Source: Desulfovibrio sp.
GTDB taxonomy: Bacteria; Desulfobacterota; Desulfovibrionia; Desulfovibrionales; Desulfovibrionaceae
Assembly (NCBI GenBank): GCA_014804965.1
Contig: JAAUYU010000025.1
Span: forward strand, 17,747-81,376
Length of the DNA stretch: 63,630 nt
Direction of reading: 5' to 3'
Within the stretch, counting starts at the first letter, position 1. Every line of letters begins with the position of its first letter. Below the pieces are notes generated by a model, which had not been told where the DNA came from, did not search any database, and saw only the letters and a program-made list of their open reading frames with translations. A program made the translations under genes and the position numbers. Of the stretch, positions 53,206 to 62,327 are shown one piece after another.

Positions 53206-55539
53206 ATGCGCAGGCGAGACAAGATTTTCTACAGCAAGCTGCTCCTGCTCTTCCTCGGCATCGTTTCGCTGCTGATCTTCTTTTACACCATCAAGCTGCA
53301 CGAGGTCATCGAGCGCAACATCCTCTTCAGCGTCAACGAGGTGGCCGAGCACGACAAGCGCGCCCTGCGCACCTGCCTCGAGCTTTTCCTGGACGAGCTT
53401 TCCGGCGTGGAGAAGCGCCTCGCCGTGCAGGGCACGTCGTCGCTCCGCGAGCTGGAGGGCCAGCTCAACCTCGAGGCCGCCACCACCGCCTTCACGCGCC
53501 TCTTCATGCTGGCCGAGGACGGCCGCATCTTCACCGACAACTACCTTATCTATACTCGCGACCAGGAAAGCCTCGGCGGCCGCTTCGACTTTCTCCCCCT
53601 GTTCGAGGCCCGCGACAGCAGGGTGCTCGTGCTGCGCTTCGACGACAACGCTGAATTTGCGGGTATCTCGCGCGAGTCCATCCTCTACGCCATGAAGCTC
53701 GACGACTTCAGCGTGGACGGCATCCGCATGACCACCCTCCTCGGCTGCACGGACATCAGCTTCCTGCAGGAGCACCTCATCATCGAGGGCTTCGTCAAGA
53801 ACGGCAAGTCCTACGGCGTGAGCGCCGTCATCGACATGAACGGGGCCTATGTGGTGGGCGAAAAGCGCGACATCTACCTGCGCAACGACACCAACTTCTT
53901 CACCCGGCTCGCCGCCGGGAAATGCAGCCTCACCAAGCGCGACATCGTGGCCCGCATGGCGAAGCGCGAGGACTTCAGCTTCTACCTCGAGGACGGCGAC
54001 GGCAAGAAGCTCGTCTATTGCTCGCCCTTCGCGGAGCGGGAGGACCCGAAGCTCGACTGGTACCTCGTCATGGTGGTCAGCAATGACTTCCTCGAGGAGC
54101 GCCAGGCCACCTTCTCGGTCATGGGGCTTTCGCTGCTCGGGCTCGTGGTGCTGGCGCTGGCCCTGCTCATGCTTTACGGCATCTCGAGCCGCAAGAAGCT
54201 CCACGAGGCCCACGAATCCGTGCGCGTGCGCAGCGAGTTCCTCTCCAGCATGAGCCACGAGATACGCACGCCGCTCAACGGCATCATCGGCCTCAACCAC
54301 CTCATTTCCTCCCATGTGGAGAACCCGGCGCGGCTTCCGCAGGTGCGCGACTGGCTCAACAAATCGCGCAGCCTCGCGGACTACCTCATCGCGCTGCTCA
54401 ACGACGTGCTCGACATGACAAGGCTCCAGGCGCGCAAGGTGCATATCGCCCACGAGCGCTATTCCATCACCGCCATGATCGCGGACGTCATCTTCATGCA
54501 GGCCTCGCACGCGGAAAAGGCGGGGCTGCGCCTCACGCTGGAGGAAGCCGTGCCCGACCCCTGGGTCATGGGCGACGAGACGCGCGTGAAGCAGGTGCTC
54601 ATCAATATCATCGGCAATGCCATCAAGTTCACGCCGGGCGGGGGCTCGGTCACGGTGTCCGTGCGGCAGGAGCGCATGGACCGCCGCCATGTGCGCACCT
54701 ATTACCGCTGCCGGGACACGGGACCTGGCATGAGCAGGGCCTTCCTGCAGACGCTCTTCGACCCCTTCACCCAGGACCCCTCCGTCCAGAAGAACACGGC
54801 CCTCAAAGGCTCGGGCCTGGGGATGCCCATCGCCCGCGAGCTCGTGCTGGCCATGGGCGGCACCATCGAGGTGGACAGCGAGGAAGGCGCGGGCAGCACC
54901 TTCACCGTCACCATTCCTTCCGAAATCGCGGGCAAGCGCCGCCGGGACGAAGCGGACGAGGCCCCGCGCGAGACGGCCGCGCCCACGCCCAAGGCGCGCC
55001 CGGCCCCGGCCCCCCCCGAGGCTTCGCCTGCCGCCACCGGGGGCGCCACCACGCCCGGCACCGCTCCGGCCACGGCTGCGGCTTCGACTCCCGCTCCGGC
55101 CGCGCCCGCCCCGCCGGAGCCGCCGCGCAAGGGCCGCATCCTCCTCGCCGAGGATGCGGAGTTCAACGCCGAATTTCTCATGGAGCTGCTCACGGACGAG
55201 GGCTTCTCCGTGGTGCACGCCAAAAACGGCAAGGAGGCGCTGGAAATTTTCGCGGCCTCCGGCGAGGACGAATTCGCCGCCATCCTCATGGACATGCAGA
55301 TGCCCGTCATGGACGGCTGCGAGGCCACGGCCGCCATCCGCGCGCTGAAAAGGCCCGACGCCGAGACCGTGACCATCTATGCCTGCACGGCCAACAGCTT
55401 CAAGGAGGACATGGACAAGGCCATGGCGAGCGGCATGGACGACTTCCTCATCAAGCCCATCGACATCAAGGTGTTTTTGCAAAAAATGGCGGCCATCAAC
55501 TGCGCGCCCGCAGGGGGCGCAGGCAGGGGAAAGCCATGA
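53206..55539 (+). CDS. Hybrid sensor histidine kinase / response regulator with a periplasmic (Cache-like) sensor domain
   Basis: N-terminal TM, about 270-aa extracytoplasmic region, second TM, HisKA SHEIRTPLNGIIG, HATPase GSGLGMPIAREL, a Pro/Ala-rich linker (nt about 54937-55131) and a REC domain ILMDMQMPVMDG. Confidence 0.9.
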   Translation: MRRRDKIFYSKLLLLFLGIVSLLIFFYTIKLHEVIERNILFSVNEVAEHDKRALRTCLELFLDELSGVEKRLAVQGTSSLRELEGQLNLEAATTAFTRLFMLAEDGRIFTDNYLIYTRDQESLGGRFDFLPLFEARDSRVLVLRFDDNAEFAGISRESILYAMKLDDFSVDGIRMTTLLGCTDISFLQEHLIIEGFVKNGKSYGVSAVIDMNGAYVVGEKRDIYLRNDTNFFTRLAAGKCSLTKRDIVARMAKREDFSFYLEDGDGKKLVYCSPFAEREDPKLDWYLVMVVSNDFLEERQATFSVMGLSLLGLVVLALALLMLYGISSRKKLHEAHESVRVRSEFLSSMSHEIRTPLNGIIGLNHLISSHVENPARLPQVRDWLNKSRSLADYLIALLNDVLDMTRLQARKVHIAHERYSITAMIADVIFMQASHAEKAGLRLTLEEAVPDPWVMGDETRVKQVLINIIGNAIKFTPGGGSVTVSVRQERMDRRHVRTYYRCRDTGPGMSRAFLQTLFDPFTQDPSVQKNTALKGSGLGMPIARELVLAMGGTIEVDSEEGAGSTFTVTIPSEIAGKRRRDEADEAPRETAAPTPKARPAPAPPEASPAATGGATTPGTAPATAAASTPAPAAPAPPEPPRKGRILLAEDAEFNAEFLMELLTDEGFSVVHAKNGKEALEIFAASGEDEFAAILMDMQMPVMDGCEATAAIRALKRPDAETVTIYACTANSFKEDMDKAMASGMDDFLIKPIDIKVFLQKMAAINCAPAGGAGRGKP

Positions 55540-56870
55540 AAAAAAGACGTTTTTCCCGCGCCCTTGCCGCGGCCCTGCTGGCCCTGCTCTTCGCCGCGCT
55601 GCTCGGTGGCTGCGAAAACGAGCCGCCGAAACCCGTGCGCCTCGTCATCCAGACGCCCCTGCAGGAGATGAACAGCGTCAGCAACCCGCATATCCGGGAC
55701 GCCACGGCCTTCCTCAAGCAGGCTTCGGCGGCCTTTGCGGCGCAGTACAAAAAGGCCCCGGTGCTCCCGGAGGTCATGACCTTCAACCGGGTGGACGAGG
55801 TGAAGGCGGTCCCCGGCAGCTTCGGCACGGAAACCTCGCCGGACATCCTTTTCGGGGCTTTCTTCAACCTTGCGGGCTATGTGGACATGGGCCGCGTGGT
55901 GCCGCTGGACGACTTCGTCTCCCCACTGCTCAAGCCGGACCTCGACCCGCAAAGCCTGGACGCGGGCTCGCGCAAAGGGCAGGTCTATCTTCTGCCCTTC
56001 CTCAACGTGCAGAACATCCTCATCTACAACAAGGAGCTTTTCCGGCGCTGCGGCCTTGAAAACTACATCGGCCACGGCCGCGAAATCCAGGACTGGACCC
56101 TCCCCGAGTGGCAGCACATCCTCGACACGCTCGCCGCCAGGTTGCCGCACGGCATCTATCCCCTCGCCGTCTATGCCGGGAGCAACGAGGGCGACACCCA
56201 TATCCTCACCTTCCTGCGCGCCTTCGGCGGCAAGATCTTCGACAGCGAGGGCCGCTTCGACTTCCAGAACCCGGCCACGGTGAAGGCGCTGGTATGGCTG
56301 CAGGAGGGCGTGCGCCGCGGCTGGTTTCCGCCGCATCCCGAAAACCTGGAACTGAAGGATTGCAGTGAGCTCTTCGCCAACGGGCAGCTCGCCATCTCCC
56401 CGTTCAACAACAGCAACAGCGTCCTTGCGGGGCAACTCGACGAGTACGGCTTCGTCAACTTTCCGGGCACGGTGGCGACGACCTTTTACCGGGGCTTCGC
56501 GGTGCTTGACAACGGCGACCCGGCCAGGGTGCAGGCCGCCAAGGACTTTCTCGCCTATCTCTATGCCCATGACGAATGGCGCGACCTTTCCGCTGGCAAT
56601 ATCCCGGCCAGCCGGCGCACCCTCAGGAAGTACCGCGACCGCATCCCCATGCTCGACGAATTCGAGCACAATGCGGTCAACGTGGTCAACTTCACCAACA
56701 AGAGCCCCAACTGGCAAGGCCGGGAGGACTCGTTCCGCAGCGTGTTCTGGCCCAATATCAACAAACTGCTGGCGCTCAAGATTACGCCGGAACAGTGCGC
56801 CGCGGACCTTGACCGCGCCTGCAACGCCGCGCTGGAACAGGGGCGGAAACTGCAAAAACTGCATCCGTAA
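55536..56870 (+). CDS. Extracellular solute-binding protein (ABC family 1 type), lipoprotein
   Basis: Lipobox LLGGC after a basic N-terminus. 444 aa. The start overlaps the kinase stop (ATGA). No ABC permease or ATPase genes are nearby. Confidence 0.8.
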   Translation: MKKRRFSRALAAALLALLFAALLGGCENEPPKPVRLVIQTPLQEMNSVSNPHIRDATAFLKQASAAFAAQYKKAPVLPEVMTFNRVDEVKAVPGSFGTETSPDILFGAFFNLAGYVDMGRVVPLDDFVSPLLKPDLDPQSLDAGSRKGQVYLLPFLNVQNILIYNKELFRRCGLENYIGHGREIQDWTLPEWQHILDTLAARLPHGIYPLAVYAGSNEGDTHILTFLRAFGGKIFDSEGRFDFQNPATVKALVWLQEGVRRGWFPPHPENLELKDCSELFANGQLAISPFNNSNSVLAGQLDEYGFVNFPGTVATTFYRGFAVLDNGDPARVQAAKDFLAYLYAHDEWRDLSAGNIPASRRTLRKYRDRIPMLDEFEHNAVNVVNFTNKSPNWQGREDSFRSVFWPNINKLLALKITPEQCAADLDRACNAALEQGRKLQKLHP

Positions 56871-56899
56871 AGGGCGCCAAAGCTGCCCGGGGAGGAAAG

Positions 56900-57394
56900 A
56901 TGCGGGGAGGATTCCTGCCTGCGCTCGTGGCGGCCGCGCTGTTGTGCTGTTTTCCCGCGGGCCTTCATGCCGCGGAGGCCTACACCGTTATCTAAAACGG
57001 CGAAATTCCCTCCCATGCGGGCAAGGGCGACACCTTCACGGGTACCGTGCGGCGCGAGCATTTTTTCGCGCCCACCGCGGACGCGCCCTACGGCGTCTCC
57101 CTCGTGACCTTTGACCCCGGTGCGCGCACCTACTGGCACACGCATCCCCTGGGCCAGCGGCTCAGCGTCACCGAGGGCTCGGGCCTCACGGGCACGGCGG
57201 ACGGCAAGGTGTGGGAAATCAAGGCCGGGGATGTGGTCTGGTGCCCGCCGGGGGTGAAGCACTGGCACGGGGCCTCACCCACCACGGCCATGCAGCATCT
57301 TGCCATCCACGGCATGAAGGACGGCAAGATGGTGGACAAGATGGTGGACTGGATGGAAGAGGTCACGGATGAGCAGTATGCGGGGAAAAAGTAG
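56900..57394 (+). pseudogene. Secreted cupin-domain protein gene interrupted by an in-frame TAA
   Basis: ATG 56900 (GGAGGAAAG RBS) encodes the signal peptide MRGGFLPALVAAALLCCFPAGLHAAEAYTVI. TAA follows at 56993-56995. The same frame continues NGEIPSHAGKGDTFTGTVRREHFF... into track ORF 57047..57394 (cupin motif WHTHPLGQ...GVKHWHGA). Confidence 0.7.
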
Positions 57395-57409
57395 TCGGGG
57401 GCCACGCCT

Positions 57410-58117
57410 ATGAAAAACTTCGTTCTTTCCCTTGTCACCGTTGCGCTGCTCCTCGCCCTCGCGGGCGTTCCCTCCGCGGCGGAGCGGCTCGACAGGCGCG
57501 GGGCGGCCATCGTTCCCATTGCCGCACTTACGGCGCTGGGCGACCAGGCGGCGCTCGCCAGGGCGCTGGAAGCCGGGCTCGACAGCGGCCTTACCATCAA
57601 CGACATCAAGGAAGTCCTCATCCAGCTCTACGCTTATTGCGGCTTTCCGCGCAGTCTGGACGGCCTCAACACCTTCATGGGCGTGGTGGAAAAGCGGAAA
57701 CAGGCCGGGAAAATCGATGCCGGGGGCGAGCAGCCCCGGCAGCTTCCCGACGGCGCGGACCGCTGGGCCATCGGCACGGCCACGCAGACGGCGCTTCTGG
57801 GGCGCCCGGCCAATGCCCCGGTCTATGCCTTCGCGCCGGGCATCGACCAGTTCCTCAAGGAGCACCTCTTCTGCGACATCTTCAGCCGCGGCGTGCTCAC
57901 AGAGCAGGAGCGCGAGCTCGCCACCATCGCCGCGCTGGCGGCGCTGCCCGCGGGGAGCCAGCTACAGGCGCACCTCGGCTTTTCCCTGAACACGGGCCTC
58001 ACGCCGGAACAGCTTGACGAGGCCGTGGTCATCCTCACGGAAAAGGCGGGCGAGGCGCCGGGAATGCTCGCCCGAGCGGCGCTCGAGAAGGTGCTGGCCG
58101 GGCGGCAGGGAAAATGA
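57410..58117 (+). CDS. Carboxymuconolactone decarboxylase (CMD/AhpD-like) family protein with signal peptide
   Basis: Signal peptide ending PSAA-E. Two CMD-like repeats (IKEVLIQLYAYCGFPRSL; ELATIAALAAL). Confidence 0.75.
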   Translation: MKNFVLSLVTVALLLALAGVPSAAERLDRRGAAIVPIAALTALGDQAALARALEAGLDSGLTINDIKEVLIQLYAYCGFPRSLDGLNTFMGVVEKRKQAGKIDAGGEQPRQLPDGADRWAIGTATQTALLGRPANAPVYAFAPGIDQFLKEHLFCDIFSRGVLTEQERELATIAALAALPAGSQLQAHLGFSLNTGLTPEQLDEAVVILTEKAGEAPGMLARAALEKVLAGRQGK

Positions 58118-58249
58118 GTGCGGGCGACCGCTGCCGGCTCATGCGGTGACGGGGGACATGGGCGCGGATGAGCGCGGGCGCGCGTGAAAATATCCGCCTG
58201 CGTGCCGGAACCGGAGTGAAGCCGCGCCGTTTTTGGCGCCGGGAATCCC

Positions 58250-61200
58250 TCAGCCCCGGGCCAGCAGGCGCTCCAGCGTCGCAAAGAGCAGCTTGAAGTC
58301 GATGGGCTTGGCGATGTGGCCGTTCATGCCGCGGCGCAAGGCCTCCTGCCTGTCCTCCTCGAAGGAGTTGGCGGTCAGCGCGATGATGGGCACCGTGGCG
58401 AGGCGCGGGTCCTCCAGGGAGCGGATGGCCTGCGTGGCCCCGTAGCCGTCCAGCACGGGCATCTGCACGTCCATGAGCACCACGTCATAGGTAAGCGGCG
58501 GCGCTGCCGAGAGCATCTCCACGGCTTCGCGGCCGTTGACGGCCACATCCACCTCATAGCCCGCCCCGGTGAGGAACTCCACGGCGATTTCCTGGTTCAT
58601 GGCATTGTCCTCGGCGAGGAGGATGCGCCCCGGGTTCTCCGCGTGCGGTACGGCATGGGCCTCGCCCGCGGCATGCGCCTCGCGCCCGGCCTCCAGCAGG
58701 GCGGCCACATCCGCCCAGAACACGGGCCTGCCGATCCAGGCGTCCACCCCGGCCGCCTCCGGCGCGCCTGCGGCACCCGGCGCCCCCACGGGCGCGTGGG
58801 CCGTGGTCCAGTTGTCGCACACCAGCGCCACAAAGGGCCGCTTTTCCGGAGCGCCCGCTGCGGCCTCGGCACAGAACGCCGCGCCGCCCGGGAAGTGGCT
58901 GCCCACCAGGCAGAGGCTGTAGCCACCCTCCCCGGCGGCTTCGAGCAGCTTCCGCGCATCCGCCTCGCTCACCGCGAGGTCCGCGGGCATCCCGTGTGCG
59001 GCGAGAAGGCGCATAAGTCGCCCGCCCGCGTCCGCGTCGGCCTCAGCCACGAGCACCCTGCGCCCTGCCGCCCTGGCATCTTCCCCTGCCGCCTTTTCGG
59101 GCAGGCGGAACATGAGGCGCAGCACGAATTCCGTGCCCACGCCGGGCTCGCTTGTGACCTCGATGTCGCCCTGCATCATGTCCACAAGATTCTTGGTGAT
59201 GGCCATGCCGAGGCCCGTGCCCTCGGTGCCGGCCACGGTGGAGGTCTGCGCGCGCTCAAAGGGCTCGAAGATGCGGGCGAGAAAATCCGCGCTCATGCCG
59301 ATGCCGTTGTCCCGGATGCGGAACTCGTAGGCCGCGCGCCCGGGCGCCGCGCAGTCGCACTGGCGTACGAGCATGTGGATGGCCCCGCCGCGGCCCGTGT
59401 ACTTGACCGAATTGCTGAGCAGGTTGAGCAGCACCTGGGAGAGACGCAGCTTGTCGCAGAGCACGCGCTCGTCGCGCATGTCCTCCACCTCGAGGCTCAG
59501 GGCCTGCTCACGCGCGCTGGCCGCGGGCTGGACGATGTTCCATATCTCGCGGAGGATGACGGGAAGCTCCTGCGGCTTTTCCTCCAGCTCGATCTTGCCG
59601 CTCTCGATATAGCTCATGTCGAGAATGTCATTGATGAGGCTGATGAGGTGGTTGCCGGAGGAAAGGATCTTCTGCAGGTAGCCCTCCACCTGGGCCGGGC
59701 GGTCCAGCTGGGTGAGCGCGAGCGACGTGTAGCCCACCACCGCGTTCATGGGCGTGCGGATGTCGTGGGACATGTTGGAAAGGAAGAGGCTCTTGGCGCG
59801 GCTCGCGCGCTTGGCCTGCTTGAGGGCCTCGGCGAGCTGGCTTTTCTGCTTCATTTCCTGCCGGGTGCGCGCGTCCACGCTTTGCAGGCCGACCACGATG
59901 CCGAAGGGCTCGTCCGGCGCGCCCACGCGCACGGCCTTGAGCTGGAAATAGAGGATGTCGGCCCCATGAAGAGCGCGGTAGTTGAAATAGACCGTCTCGC
60001 GCTGCCTGAGCGTGGCCCGGAGCGCCGCGGGCGAGCAGCTCCTCTGCAGGGCCTCGCGGTCATCGGGGTGCACGCAGCTGCGCACATAGGTCTCCACCTT
60101 TTCCATAAAGGGCGCGTCCGCGGCGAAGATCTCGGCGAGCCGCCTGTCCGGCGCATCCCCGAGCTGGAGCACGCGGCCGTCGTCCGAGCCCGCGTCCAGC
60201 ACGCACACGAGCTGGTAATCCACGCTCAGGGCGCGCACGAGATTGCGCTGGCGGCGGTCCTTCTCGTGCTGCTCACGTTCCTCGGCGAGTTTTTGCGCCG
60301 TGCAGTCGAGGAGGAAGCGCTGGCAGACCACTTCCCCGTCCATTTCCACAAGACGGGCGCTGCCCATGATGTGCACGGTCCTGCCGTCGCGGTGCAGCAC
60401 GCGGTACTCGTAATTGGCGCTGTCGCCCACGTTTTTCAGCTGGCCGATGGCCGCGCGCAGCTTGTCCTTGTCCTCGTCGGCCACGGTGCTCGCCACCATC
60501 TGGAAGCCCTGGGATTGCAGGTCCTCGCGCGAGGCGAAGTCCAGAAGCTCCAGCGCGGCCGGATTGATGCTGATGACCCGCGCCCCGTCCAGCGAATGGC
60601 AGAGGATGCCGCAATCCATGCTGCTGAAAAGCGCCTCCAGCGCGGCATTGTCCTGGAGGATGCGCTCGCGGTAGCGGCGCTCCTGGGTCACGTCCACGGC
60701 GATACCCATGGTCCCCGCCATGGCGCCGTCCGGCCCGCGCAAGGGCGACTTGTAGACGATGAGCTGGCGCTCGCCCGCGCCGGTGGTGATGACCTCCTCG
60801 GAGGCGTGGGTCTCGCCGCTTTCCATGACCACCCGCTCGGACTCGATGCAGGCCGGGTCGTCCTCGGGCACGTCCCAGATATAGGCATGGCCGCGGCCCT
60901 GCACCTCTTCGCGCGTCTTGCCCACGGCGCGGCAGAAGGCGGCGTTCACAAGGTCGTGGCTCCCCGTCTTGCTCTTGAACCAGATCATGTTGGGGCTGGT
61001 CTCGAGCACGGCCTCGAGGAAGTGCCGCGCCTGCCAGAGCTCCCTATCCTCGCGGACCTGCTCGAGAAGGCGCGTGAAGTGGAAGCGCAGCTCATTGTCG
61101 GGCATGGGCAGCCGCCAGATGTCCCGCGCGGCAGCGAGCAGGCCTTCCGGCACCTCCTCCCCCGCCTCGGGCAGGAGCACCAGCAGGGCGCGGGGCGCCT

Positions 61201-61381
61201 CCCTTTCCAGCGCGGCGAGGGCGGAGGCGCCTGCCCCCGGCCCCGCGAGGACGACATCCGCCCCGGCCGGGGCGTCCACGACCTCATGCCGGAAGCCGGG
61301 GAGCGGCGCTACGGCCCTGAGCACTTCGACCACATGCTCCGGGCAGCCGATGAACGAGAACCGGATGGTACGGTCATACAT
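58250..61381 (-). CDS. Cytoplasmic multi-PAS hybrid sensor histidine kinase / response regulator
   Basis: 1043 aa with no TM segments. Several PAS-like blocks, HisKA SHDIRTPMNAVVG, HATPase GTGLGMAITKNL, an internal receiver-like region and a C-terminal REC VLMDVQMPVLDG. Confidence 0.9.
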   Translation of the reverse strand: MYDRTIRFSFIGCPEHVVEVLRAVAPLPGFRHEVVDAPAGADVVLAGPGAGASALAALEREAPRALLVLLPEAGEEVPEGLLAAARDIWRLPMPDNELRFHFTRLLEQVREDRELWQARHFLEAVLETSPNMIWFKSKTGSHDLVNAAFCRAVGKTREEVQGRGHAYIWDVPEDDPACIESERVVMESGETHASEEVITTGAGERQLIVYKSPLRGPDGAMAGTMGIAVDVTQERRYRERILQDNAALEALFSSMDCGILCHSLDGARVISINPAALELLDFASREDLQSQGFQMVASTVADEDKDKLRAAIGQLKNVGDSANYEYRVLHRDGRTVHIMGSARLVEMDGEVVCQRFLLDCTAQKLAEEREQHEKDRRQRNLVRALSVDYQLVCVLDAGSDDGRVLQLGDAPDRRLAEIFAADAPFMEKVETYVRSCVHPDDREALQRSCSPAALRATLRQRETVYFNYRALHGADILYFQLKAVRVGAPDEPFGIVVGLQSVDARTRQEMKQKSQLAEALKQAKRASRAKSLFLSNMSHDIRTPMNAVVGYTSLALTQLDRPAQVEGYLQKILSSGNHLISLINDILDMSYIESGKIELEEKPQELPVILREIWNIVQPAASAREQALSLEVEDMRDERVLCDKLRLSQVLLNLLSNSVKYTGRGGAIHMLVRQCDCAAPGRAAYEFRIRDNGIGMSADFLARIFEPFERAQTSTVAGTEGTGLGMAITKNLVDMMQGDIEVTSEPGVGTEFVLRLMFRLPEKAAGEDARAAGRRVLVAEADADAGGRLMRLLAAHGMPADLAVSEADARKLLEAAGEGGYSLCLVGSHFPGGAAFCAEAAAGAPEKRPFVALVCDNWTTAHAPVGAPGAAGAPEAAGVDAWIGRPVFWADVAALLEAGREAHAAGEAHAVPHAENPGRILLAEDNAMNQEIAVEFLTGAGYEVDVAVNGREAVEMLSAAPPLTYDVVLMDVQMPVLDGYGATQAIRSLEDPRLATVPIIALTANSFEEDRQEALRRGMNGHIAKPIDFKLLFATLERLLARG

Positions 61382-61586
61382 GGAGGCGCTTCCTTGGCTC
61401 CGCTGCGGGGAAGGAAAAGGGCAAAAACGCAGATGCTGTGCGGAAAAAGCTCTTCTGGCTATACGGGCATTTTACGGCTTTTACAAGCCCGGCGCCCTTG
61501 GCTGCACGAAAAAACCGCCCCCTCCCCTGCGCTGGTGGGGAGAGGGCGGCCGGGGCCCGAGGGAGGGTTGGGCCCGATCTTGAAAT

Positions 61587-62129
61587 TTATCTGGAATCCG
61601 GCGGCGGGGCCTGCGCCCGGCCTTCCCCTCTGGCCTGCACCTCCCCGCACTCCCGCCAGCGGGCCGTGAGCTCACGGGCCAGCGCCGCGGCGCGTTCCGG
61701 GTCGCGCAGGCCATGCACGGCAAAGACCGCCCAGGGCAAGGTGGCGCACTCGCGCGCGGCGGCCGCGAAAATCCCGGCAAAGGCGGCGTCGCGCCCGGCC
61801 TCGTCCTGGGCCTGCACGGCGGCGGCGCAGGCGGCGTCGAGGCGCCCCTGGGCCACGGCTTCGGCGGCCACGGCACGGAGGCGCTCCGTCTTGACCTCCG
61901 GGGCCACGAAGCCGCTGGCCGCGCTCACGATGCGCTCCTTCCAGGAGCGTCCTTCCGGCGTGTCGAGGTCGATGGCGAGCGCGCGGGCCTTCGCCGTCAG
62001 CGCTTCGGGCAATTCCGGGGGCGGCGGGGGCGGCCTGCGCCACAGCGCGCCCAGCCCCACCAGGATGAGGATGGCCCCGCAAAAGAGCAGGGGCACCTTC
62101 CAGCCCGTCGCCTTTTGCCTTGCGCGCAT
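61587..62129 (-). CDS. Hypothetical membrane-anchored Ala-rich protein
   Basis: ATG 62129 with GGAG upstream. One N-terminal TM (VPLLFCGAILILVGLGAL), a poly-Pro stretch, then a helical Ala-rich domain. No family recognised. Confidence 0.45.
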   Translation of the reverse strand: MRARQKATGWKVPLLFCGAILILVGLGALWRRPPPPPPELPEALTAKARALAIDLDTPEGRSWKERIVSAASGFVAPEVKTERLRAVAAEAVAQGRLDAACAAAVQAQDEAGRDAAFAGIFAAAARECATLPWAVFAVHGLRDPERAAALARELTARWRECGEVQARGEGRAQAPPPDSR

Positions 62130-62327
62130 GGGCAATCTCCGGGTTCCGCTTCGTGCATACGCGAGCCTTGCGGCCCTGGGCAAGAAAAAGCCCCCGGCCG
62201 CGCCAAGATTTTTATTGAAAAATCATTGAAAATTTTAGAGGGGCCTTACGCCCCGTCCATCGGCAAGGGGCGCGTCACGCCGCAGCCGCCGCCGGCCTCT
62301 GCCGGGCGCCCGCGCATCCCGCCACCC

